Origin: a virus | IMG/VR virus record: IMGVR_UViG_3300035670_013228 | Span: 113,881-177,880 of that record | Direction: 5' to 3' (one strand) | DNA length: 64,000 bases | Shown: in pieces, positions 56,725 to 64,000 of the stretch | Layout: each line of letters starts with the position of its first letter | How positions within the stretch are numbered: the stretch's first letter is position 1 | Notes under the pieces: model-generated | What the model was told of the DNA's origin: nothing | Databases searched by the model: none | Seen by the model: only the letters and a program-made list of their open reading frames with translations | Program-made: the position numbers and the translations under genes

Positions 56725-57576
56725 TCAAACATAATCCTGATCAGGATCATAGTCTTCATCTTCATCTTCATACTGATTCCAATAATCATCATCATACTCG
56801 TCATATAACTGCTCTTCATCGTCATCATAAGAGTCTTCGCTAAACTCAGCCTTGTAAAGAGGCTTTAGTAGTTCGCCTTGATATTCACCAACAACTTCAT
56901 ATCGACAAGTACGAAGTTTCTCATGATTACAATCACTAGGAACGCTGACAACATCCTTTGGATTGATCTTGACAATCATAATATGATCGCCACTATCAGC
57001 ACTACCATAATTAGCCACATAGTTCAAAGCACCAGCATGAAGTCCCTGAGAGCAACCAACACTACGATTGTCGTCAACCTTAGCCCTATTCATTTGGCAA
57101 ACTTGTCCAACATGATTATCAAATGTGCCAGCATACTTATCCATATAATCGCTGCGAACAGCCTTGTATGCTAGAAAATGACCATCCTCAGTTATTGGCA
57201 GATGTTCATGCTCCAAGAAATCATACAGTTCCTTTTGGCTCTGCATACTAGGATTTTCCATAAGATTATTCAAGAAGTTTACAAGAGGCTGAAACGGTAA
57301 TCCCTTACTCATAAACTCTAGAATACGCTTACTAATGCTACCATGAACTTCTTCGCCATCAAAAAGCACCTTGCCGTTCTTGACTTCAACCAGACCATCA
57401 CTAAATGATGATACTGCCTTTTCAATATCCACCAGATCTAGCAACTCATCATTTGTTGCTGTTGGTAGAGCCTCAAGAATCAACTTGTAATTAATATGAT
57501 CTGGAATAACTTGATAAGCCTTATTATTCAAGATCAGTGTCAAATTACCATCAACCCACATAAACGGAACGCTCAT
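56725..57576 (-). CDS. rIIB: RIIB-like protein
   Basis: FLAYKAV, VDDN...CSQGLH, VKINPKDVVSVPSD...KLRTCRY; follows rIIA. Confidence 0.9.
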   Translation of the reverse strand: MSVPFMWVDGNLTLILNNKAYQVIPDHINYKLILEALPTATNDELLDLVDIEKAVSSFSDGLVEVKNGKVLFDGEEVHGSISKRILEFMSKGLPFQPLVNFLNNLMENPSMQSQKELYDFLEHEHLPITEDGHFLAYKAVRSDYMDKYAGTFDNHVGQVCQMNRAKVDDNRSVGCSQGLHAGALNYVANYGSADSGDHIMIVKINPKDVVSVPSDCNHEKLRTCRYEVVGEYQGELLKPLYKAEFSEDSYDDDEEQLYDEYDDDYWNQYEDEDEDYDPDQDYV

Positions 57577-57604
57577 TTTAATTTCTCCTCTTTTCCTGTG
57601 AAAT

Positions 57605-60259
57605 TTATTTGATCAAAACACCTAGACTATTTCGTAACTGTTCAATACCGTTGTCATCAATAGTTATAAACCATGCTGGCGGACTATAGTAACGATTATG
57701 ATGTACTCTAAGTGGATTAGAGGAACCAATTCCGTTTAATCCCGCATCAGCACCGTTTGATTCCAACGTACTGCTCACAATATACTTGAGCATCGGCACC
57801 TTGTCAACCTCCGCTTTAAACTTTTTTCTAAGATCACTACTTTTCGTTATCGACTCACAAAAATCTTTGGATTCTTGAGAAATTGATACTATCTTAGATG
57901 TATAATCTTCGCTATACATAGTATTGATCTCGCTCTTTAAGATATTAAACTCTTGAGTTTGTTTACGAATCTTCTCAGGATCAATACCATTCATATTATG
58001 CTTTGCTAATATTTTTGCCATAGCAGCAAAGTATTCTGACTTCTTACAAAACTTCATATCAAAACTATTATGGATAACATGAGCAAAAAAGTAATGAATC
58101 ATCCATTGATCGACCAGATTACAAAGTTCCGATCCGTCAATATACTTATGATAATCAATACCAAAAATGTTTAGAATAGCAACCGCTACTTGTCTATCTG
58201 TACGAATTCTGTAATAACCATAAGTATCATTCTTCTCGTCTGTATTATACTGTTCAGTACAGTAGTCTACAATATTCTTATATGAACCAACTTCTCCGCA
58301 GAGTTTACTCATCATACTCTTTAATTTAGGCTTGATCCAAGCATTGAAATCAATAAGATTCAAATCTTTGATCTTACTAACAGCACTCTGCTTGATAGCA
58401 AGAATATTCTTGTCTTTCAATAGATTGTGAAGAGTATGATTTTTATCTTTAATGATTTTGTTAAGATAAGCGATAGATGGAAATCCTTCCACCGAAGCAT
58501 ATCTAATAATAGGAATATAAATTGTTTCGTCTTGATCCTCAATAGTTTCGTAGGTATCTTCGTCTACTTCTCTAAGAAGATCAGAATCATTTATTCCATT
58601 ACCAGATAGCACTAGTTTATCGTTAGCGTCTGGACAATCACGAATAATAAAAACCTCACCAGCACTAATCTTACCAAAAGAAACACTGCTCTTGCGTGGT
58701 CCCTTGCTAAGTAGACTACGATAATCAGAAACATTAACTATATTGGTTTCTCCACCAATATCACTAATGATATCATCAAAACCCTCTGTAGAATCTTCTG
58801 GATGATCACTATCCACCATAAGATAAGCAAAGCAATCATTCTGATTACAATATTTTGTCACAATCTTTTTGGCGGTTTCAGCACCCTTAATATCGCAGCG
58901 GAAAAAGATCATTTTACCACTCTTTTTAGTTCCGCTCCAATAGTATTGAGGAACTCCCTTGAGTGTTTCGTTATGAATTTTATCTGTTAGATAAACCATA
59001 CGACGAGAGCGATATCCGGCTGTTCTAAAATTAAAAACATATAACTGCTTATTTTTCTTGAACTTGTATTCAAGATCTTTGCCACTAGTTAATTCGTGGG
59101 TCTTTCCAGACTGATCAGTCCATGATGCACCAGCGGTCCATCCACCAGCAAGATCGCTTAGATTATAATAAGTCTGATAAGCATCTACCAGATTAGTACA
59201 CTGAGTAATCTTTTGGGTCATATCTTCTTTGAGTTGAAGATAAATATCTTGGGTTCTTTCACGCAAAACTTTAAGAACATTCTTTGTATACTGTAAGCCT
59301 TCACGACTCACATCCATTTCTAATTCACCAATATCAAAATTGATTTCAAGATACAAGCCAGACCCTAGAACCTCCTTGACTAGGTTCTTCCAGTTATCCA
59401 CATCCACCTTTTTGAAGGTACGATTCCATCTCTGGATAGCGTCATTGGAAGCGTCTTTTTCTGCTTCTCCAATAATCTTTGAACTATCAACAGGATAAGC
59501 AATATTACCCATGATAGCAACAATACCACTATCAGCATTGTTGTACGCTGAAGGATATTGATCATTATTATTTGCTAGCCTACCAATCCTCCATCCCTTA
59601 CCATCAATAACAAAATTGGTATAAGAGTACGAATGATCGGAAAGATTCTCCCCAAAACCACCCTCAATAATGGGCTTCATTTTGAAGTAATGGAAAATTC
59701 TTTTTGCTTTGGTAGTAAACTCGCCAAAATCACACTGTTTAACAGCAAAACTAATTTCAAGACCATTGGCTTCCTTAGTTGGACTAATATCGAACAGATT
59801 AAGACTAGGAACACCATTCTCGTCCATAGCCGCAATATAAGAATACTTAGTTCCGTTATAGTAAGATACTGTGCTAAAACTCTTGGTATAAGCAAACGGA
59901 CTCTTACTACCTAATCCAAGACAACCAACAAAATCATTACTATCGTTCTTGTTGCTTGCACCATAAGTGGTATACAGTTCCTCCATATCCTGCTGACTAA
60001 GACCCGTGCCATAATCGCGCACAGTAAAAGATGGAACCGCTTGTGTTGGCAGAATAACCTTAAAAGGATTCTTATTACCAGCAGCAACGTGAGCATCATA
60101 AGCATTTGTGCTTAGTTCACGAATAACCGCCATTACCTTATCGGAATACAGAGAGTCCGACAAGATTTTAAACATTTTGCTCGTTTGAGCAATAGTAAAT
60201 TGATTACTGCTTTCCAAGCCCCTACTATGAATTTCAACCGTTCGATCTGCAAGTTTCAT
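57605..60259 (-). CDS. rIIA: RIIA-like protein (N-terminal GHKL/Hsp90-like ATPase)
   Basis: LSDSLYSDK..VIRELSTNAYDAH, RDYGTG and GLGSKSPFAY. Confidence 0.9.
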   Translation of the reverse strand: MKLADRTVEIHSRGLESSNQFTIAQTSKMFKILSDSLYSDKVMAVIRELSTNAYDAHVAAGNKNPFKVILPTQAVPSFTVRDYGTGLSQQDMEELYTTYGASNKNDSNDFVGCLGLGSKSPFAYTKSFSTVSYYNGTKYSYIAAMDENGVPSLNLFDISPTKEANGLEISFAVKQCDFGEFTTKAKRIFHYFKMKPIIEGGFGENLSDHSYSYTNFVIDGKGWRIGRLANNNDQYPSAYNNADSGIVAIMGNIAYPVDSSKIIGEAEKDASNDAIQRWNRTFKKVDVDNWKNLVKEVLGSGLYLEINFDIGELEMDVSREGLQYTKNVLKVLRERTQDIYLQLKEDMTQKITQCTNLVDAYQTYYNLSDLAGGWTAGASWTDQSGKTHELTSGKDLEYKFKKNKQLYVFNFRTAGYRSRRMVYLTDKIHNETLKGVPQYYWSGTKKSGKMIFFRCDIKGAETAKKIVTKYCNQNDCFAYLMVDSDHPEDSTEGFDDIISDIGGETNIVNVSDYRSLLSKGPRKSSVSFGKISAGEVFIIRDCPDANDKLVLSGNGINDSDLLREVDEDTYETIEDQDETIYIPIIRYASVEGFPSIAYLNKIIKDKNHTLHNLLKDKNILAIKQSAVSKIKDLNLIDFNAWIKPKLKSMMSKLCGEVGSYKNIVDYCTEQYNTDEKNDTYGYYRIRTDRQVAVAILNIFGIDYHKYIDGSELCNLVDQWMIHYFFAHVIHNSFDMKFCKKSEYFAAMAKILAKHNMNGIDPEKIRKQTQEFNILKSEINTMYSEDYTSKIVSISQESKDFCESITKSSDLRKKFKAEVDKVPMLKYIVSSTLESNGADAGLNGIGSSNPLRVHHNRYYSPPAWFITIDDNGIEQLRNSLGVLIK

Positions 60260-60294
60260 CGTTTAAGTCTCCAAGTTTCCTGTGTGATACGCCA

Positions 60295-60323
60295 AGTATA
60301 TCATCGACAATCGTGGTTGTCAA
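60295..60323 (-). promoter_or_regulatory. sigma70-type promoter of the rIIA operon
   Basis: TTGACA-17 nt-TATACT. Confidence 0.85.
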
Positions 60324-60330
60324 GCGTTAA

Positions 60331-60636
60331 TCAAAAAGTTTCGTCGTTGTCGTTGTTTTCTTCTCCATAAGACTCGTAATCCTCTGAAACATAATTATTT
60401 TCGTTATATGGCATCCACTCATCAGTATCGTCATATTCTATTTCTTCATCGTCTGGTTCATCTAGAATAATTTCAAATTCTTTCACCTTGTCTGCTATCT
60501 CATCTAATCTTCTATTAATAAGTTTAACAACTTTTTTTAGTTCTGATAAGTCTCTATTATTAGTTTCTTCTATTTTTAGAATCTGTTTATCTAGTTGTAG
60601 AATTTCTTTTAGTATTCTTTCTATATCTTTCGACAT
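60331..60636 (-). CDS. coiled-coil protein with acidic tail
   Basis: MSKDIERILKE... start reassigned; GGTGTATTAG motif upstream. Confidence 0.55.
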   Translation of the reverse strand: MSKDIERILKEILQLDKQILKIEETNNRDLSELKKVVKLINRRLDEIADKVKEFEIILDEPDDEEIEYDDTDEWMPYNENNYVSEDYESYGEENNDNDETF

Positions 60637-60683
60637 ATTTTTTCCTATTAGATAGTTGTAATATCTAATACACCGTTTTGGTA

Positions 60684-61013
60684 TCAAAAATGTCTTTTAT
60701 TAAAATTAGAATACTCTTTTATGTCGCCATATTCCCTAATTTTTGTATCCTCATAAGGAGCGGCTACTCTTCTGTAGAACTCTTGCTTTATATTCTCTAG
60801 AACACCAGTGATCATTGCTATTTTTGCATATGATTCTCTGCCCATCAAAGATGCAATGATTCTGGAAAATGAATAATTAATATCTCCAAGTATAAATGAA
60901 AAATCTTCGTTAGTCATATTTCTGTTTGTGGACTTTGTAATATCTAAACAAGCAATCATTTTATCGATGCAAATATCCAACTCTTTTCTCATATCTTCTT
61001 TAATATATGGCAT
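60684..61013 (-). CDS. conserved phage hypothetical protein
   Basis: MPYIKED...GDINY...KQEFYRRVAAPYEDTKI..GDI. Confidence 0.65.
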   Translation of the reverse strand: MPYIKEDMRKELDICIDKMIACLDITKSTNRNMTNEDFSFILGDINYSFSRIIASLMGRESYAKIAMITGVLENIKQEFYRRVAAPYEDTKIREYGDIKEYSNFNKRHF

Positions 61014-61533
61014 CTGGTTCCTCACATTTACAAAAATATTCGTAACAATAGTAACATTGTGGACCCGGTTTTCCCAATCCCCAAGCGTCACTAGCAGGAT
61101 CAAAACTTTCTAGTCCAGTATCGATACAAACCAATTTATCATTAATTAAGCCTATATTATATTGATGACAATCCCAAAAATCTAAATTAGTATGATGCTT
61201 GATATCCTCAACCAAGTCTTGTATTTTTTCCAGAAAATGAGTATATTTTTTACTCCATCTTGTAATTGGTTCTGTGGTCAAATACTCAGCAATTTCTGTT
61301 ACAAAACCATACGAACTATACAAGGATATATCTTTGATTGGTAATTTAACCACATCAGTATATGCTATTGGAGATAGTCCGTATTTACTAAGTAGTTGTT
61401 GAAAAAATAATGCGGCCTTAGCATCTTTTTCGGATTTAAATTCTTTGAATCCTTTATTGGTTTCGTCGAGTAAAGGATAAAAGTTACAATATCCTCCCTC
61501 ATCAAACCATTCACTATCAATAGTATAATTCAT
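61000..61533 (-). CDS. minimal protein-kinase-like fold protein
   Basis: GFKEF, FVTEIAE, WDCHQYNIG (DxHxxN) and VCIDTG (DFG-like). Confidence 0.65.
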   Translation of the reverse strand: MNYTIDSEWFDEGGYCNFYPLLDETNKGFKEFKSEKDAKAALFFQQLLSKYGLSPIAYTDVVKLPIKDISLYSSYGFVTEIAEYLTTEPITRWSKKYTHFLEKIQDLVEDIKHHTNLDFWDCHQYNIGLINDKLVCIDTGLESFDPASDAWGLGKPGPQCYYCYEYFCKCEEPDAIY

Positions 61534-61534
61534 A

Positions 61535-61849
61535 TCAATACGATATCACCGTAGGATACTCTCCTGTAATATTATACAAAAAATCTTTTGCTTTTTTAAG
61601 ATCAAAAAACTCTGCGATAAATACTAAAGAAGGACTAGGATTATTTTCTCTTTTTTCACCATATATTCTATAAAATGGATCATCTATTGCTTTGTATGAA
61701 TTTTCTAGAAAATCAGCAACATTTCTTATTTCATCAATATATGTTCCACCATCATAATCATTATATTCTCGTACTGTCATTAAAATAAAATAACTAATGG
61801 GAGATTTAGTATTATGATTAGGAACTCTAGCACTACAAAGAGTATTCAT
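61535..61849 (-). CDS. hypothetical protein
   Basis: Start reassigned to the ATG directly after the upstream stop. Confidence 0.5.
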   Translation of the reverse strand: MNTLCSARVPNHNTKSPISYFILMTVREYNDYDGGTYIDEIRNVADFLENSYKAIDDPFYRIYGEKRENNPSPSLVFIAEFFDLKKAKDFLYNITGEYPTVISY

Positions 61850-61850
61850 A

Positions 61851-62087
61851 TTAATTACTACGATATAATGGAATAATTGTTGACTGATCAATGTATGGAT
61901 TATTTTGAAGTCTAAGATCGTATATATCGCCTCTATTATTAGTTCTTGCCCATGCAACTGGATCTATGCTGAATTTTGAACGAAGTCTTTTAAGTTCATC
62001 TTTAGCATTATTAATCCAGAATAAATCTGCCCCAGAAACTAATGCAAAATCAATTAATGTATCGAGCGGATAGGAATTTTTATCCAT
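61851..62087 (-). CDS. hypothetical protein
   Basis: 78-aa ORF after the tRNA. Confidence 0.55.
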   Translation of the reverse strand: MDKNSYPLDTLIDFALVSGADLFWINNAKDELKRLRSKFSIDPVAWARTNNRGDIYDLRLQNNPYIDQSTIIPLYRSN

Positions 62088-62108
62088 AATAATTCACTTT
62101 CTGTAGTA

Positions 62109-62191
62109 TGAGATTGGAGGGAGTCGAACCCTCACGCCTATTAGGCAATAGATTTTGAGTCTATCGTGTATTCCAGTTCCACCACAATCTC
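62109..62191 (-). tRNA. tRNA-Leu(CAA), type II, CCA not encoded
   Basis: GAGATTG/CAATCTC acceptor stem, ATAGA-CTCAAAA-TCTAT anticodon arm, GCCTAATAGGC variable arm, GAGGG-TTCGACT-CCCTC T arm. Confidence 0.95.
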
Positions 62192-62234
62192 GGTTTCCAG
62201 CAACTTAAATAAAAATTGCTGGAGTTTTTGAACA

Positions 62235-62519
62235 TCAGTTGCCAGAATGAGCAGCCTTTAGTCTACGAGCAGTTTCGGCCATAGCCTCAACATTATCGAC
62301 AGTACGAACAGGCTTTGCTCTTTGCATCTCTGGAAGATCAATACCCTTTTCAGCAAGAACCTTTTTAACACGACCAAATCTACTCATTGTACTAGCCAAC
62401 TTTTGTCCAGTTTTACTAGCAATCTCAGCATATGTATTACTCGAATAAACTGCCTCTAGAAAAGCGTCATCACTGCAACGAACGCGAGTCTGCTTGATCG
62501 AAGTACTAACCTCTGCCAT
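62235..62519 (-). CDS. small HTH-like protein
   Basis: TYAEIASKTGQKLASTMSR; GGAGG RBS; first gene after a promoter. Confidence 0.6.
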   Translation of the reverse strand: MAEVSTSIKQTRVRCSDDAFLEAVYSSNTYAEIASKTGQKLASTMSRFGRVKKVLAEKGIDLPEMQRAKPVRTVDNVEAMAETARRLKAAHSGN

Positions 62520-62602
62520 AATTATCCTCCAAACATTCTTTAATAAGCCAAACGAACTTGGGCTTAGTCACCTGACCAATACAACCCTTGCTCGTTCCTA
62601 TC

Positions 62603-62631
62603 ATTCTACTCCTTAGTATCGGTTCTGTCAA
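62603..62631 (-). promoter_or_regulatory. sigma70-type promoter
   Basis: TTGACA-17 nt-TAGAAT. Confidence 0.8.
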
Positions 62632-62676
62632 TGGCTCAACTTGAAAAATTCTTTTTTAGGGACCATCGCGCTAATC

Positions 62677-63555
62677 TTATTTATCGATAAAAATATTATC
62701 GAATTCTTCCTTCAAAAATGCTCTTATTTTTGCTGCGTTTGGGCTACTTTTTAGATTTTCATATAGTTTTTCTTGACTAGAATTTCTAAAATTTTCTATC
62801 TCCATTCCTTCACCGAAAGTTTTTTCCGCTTCTATCAAAAGAAATTTAATAGTATTTTTAAATTGAGGATATGTTTTCCAATACTCGTTATCATGTTCCT
62901 TAACGGCCATAGCAAAACAAATAGCATAAATACTAAAATCCAAACACCCGCTAACAGCATCAACTCTTTCATTTAGAATACCATTATTATAATCTTCAAC
63001 CGCACTTTTACTTCCTAATATATAAGAATTCCATTCGTCAATAATATATGATGGCATATCATTCCAATCCACAATATTTTTAACAAAGTAGAGATTATAT
63101 CTGTATGATCTTAAGTCTGGTGGAATATATTTAGTAACTAAATGCATACTAATATTAGATTCTTCCAATACTATACAGCGAGAATTTAAAACATAAAAAA
63201 CATTTAATTTTTTACTCAATGCTTTACTATATAAATTTCTAAGATGAGATGTTATACCATGAGAAGTTTCATGTACATTGATTCTTCTACTATCTTGATC
63301 ACCGTATGGTTTTTCAAAACTATGTGTTAATACATCTCCGTATATTGTATTTTCTTCAATTTTACGATACTTATCAACCTCCGTAAATACTAATCCGCTT
63401 TTTTCTTTTGGTTTTGGTTTATTTTCTGGAATAGTTTTAGGTTTATCATCCGGCATAATAACCACAATAGTATTGTCTGGTTGATTATTTTCATAGTAGT
63501 AATAACCCAGTGCCGAACTTATAACTATTAGGGATAATATTTGTTTAGTTGTCAT
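62677..63555 (-). CDS. membrane-anchored protein with HExxH (possible zinc metallopeptidase)
   Basis: N-terminal TM segment, VHETSHG and a downstream IDEWNSY. Confidence 0.55.
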   Translation of the reverse strand: MTTKQILSLIVISSALGYYYYENNQPDNTIVVIMPDDKPKTIPENKPKPKEKSGLVFTEVDKYRKIEENTIYGDVLTHSFEKPYGDQDSRRINVHETSHGITSHLRNLYSKALSKKLNVFYVLNSRCIVLEESNISMHLVTKYIPPDLRSYRYNLYFVKNIVDWNDMPSYIIDEWNSYILGSKSAVEDYNNGILNERVDAVSGCLDFSIYAICFAMAVKEHDNEYWKTYPQFKNTIKFLLIEAEKTFGEGMEIENFRNSSQEKLYENLKSSPNAAKIRAFLKEEFDNIFIDK

Positions 63556-64000
63556 GATTAATAGATTGTAGCCAATCCATGTAGTTATCATATATGTATC
63601 CTGCCTTTCTTGATTTCTCTATGTTCCTAGTCCCTGAACAATCTATAACCACAGATGTTGGTATAACATTGTACTTAAATTCTTTTGCTAATTTTTTATT
63701 ATCGTCTATATCTAGGAGACAAATAACAAACTTGTCTTTAATTTTTAGTTTATCAAAATCATTTTCTAAAATTGTACAATACTTGCACCATATACTTTTT
63801 AATATAACTAATAATAATCTTTTTTCTTTTTTTGCAATCTCTAGCGCCTCCTTATAGTCTATATAAACTATTGATTCCTTTGGAGTATTAACTACTGGTA
63901 CTACTATAGATACTGGAATATCTTTCCTAGTAGTATGTTTTGATGTATAAAAAAACACAAAACCTAAAATTAGAATTGCTACTAAATATTTATTAATCAT
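63545..64000 (-). CDS. exported thioredoxin-like protein
   Basis: Signal/TM N-terminus, WCKYC and the IPTSVV cis-Pro motif. Confidence 0.85.
   Translation of the reverse strand: MINKYLVAILILGFVFFYTSKHTTRKDIPVSIVVPVVNTPKESIVYIDYKEALEIAKKEKRLLLVILKSIWCKYCTILENDFDKLKIKDKFVICLLDIDDNKKLAKEFKYNVIPTSVVIDCSGTRNIEKSRKAGYIYDNYMDWLQSINHDN

Noticed and set aside
62196-62222. CCAGCAA/TTGCTGG hairpin before the tRNA as a separate ncRNA
   Set aside because: A short stem with a large AT loop; adequately explained as a tRNA leader or weak terminator.
464-63857. The many 60-130 aa plus-strand ORFs and nested minus-strand ORFs in the track
   Set aside because: They are antisense or alternate-frame shadows of well-supported minus-strand genes, with no recognisable motifs or RBS.
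1-64000. DGR reverse transcriptase, Avd or template repeat
   Set aside because: No RT motifs in any ORF and no AAC-rich second copy of the 37016-37120 segment seen by eye. The DGR machinery, if real, lies outside this window.
1-64000. CRISPR array or cas operon (prompted by the Cas4-like nuclease)
   Set aside because: No regularly spaced repeats were seen; stand-alone Cas4-like nucleases are common in phage replication modules.

Overview
A 64-kb segment of a large, AT-rich (roughly 28-30% GC by eye) tailed-phage genome. Essentially every real gene lies on the minus strand, tightly packed and often translationally coupled. Read in transcription order (right to left), it contains: (1) early-type genes under sigma70-consensus promoters, with tRNA-Leu(CAA), a small kinase-like protein, rIIA/rIIB, a RepB/AEP-type primase and RuvB; (2) host-like auxiliary genes (Tat-signal DUF1501 protein, actin-fold ATPase, S1 and S8 proteases, GMP reductase, SET domain, ferritin-like protein, PAP2, phage sigma factor, ClpP-like and DeoC-like proteins); (3) a virion/structural-looking block with LamG and FGE-type lectin-fold proteins, sulfotransferases, a 2OG-Fe(II) oxygenase, membrane proteins, an intein-containing papain-like peptidase and its catalytically dead paralogue; (4) a glycosyl/methyl-transferase cluster; (5) nucleotide metabolism (dCMP deaminase, class I RNR, MazG-like, PhoH); (6) recombination and replication (RecA, DnaB, primase, dNMP kinase, Cas4-like nuclease, start of a DnaE-type polymerase). 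DUF1501 and the type of FGE domain point, by inference, to a Planctomycetota/PVC host. The three strongest novelty signals are: a circularly permuted FGE-type lectin gene carrying a 105-nt, 65%-GC segment with the codon signature of a DGR variable repeat, with no RT or template repeat in the window; an 8-nt stop/start insertion splitting the HxH motif from the rest of the DnaE PHP domain; and an intein inserted just after the catalytic QNSWG motif of a C1 peptidase. All functional calls come from motif recognition by eye; no database search was run.
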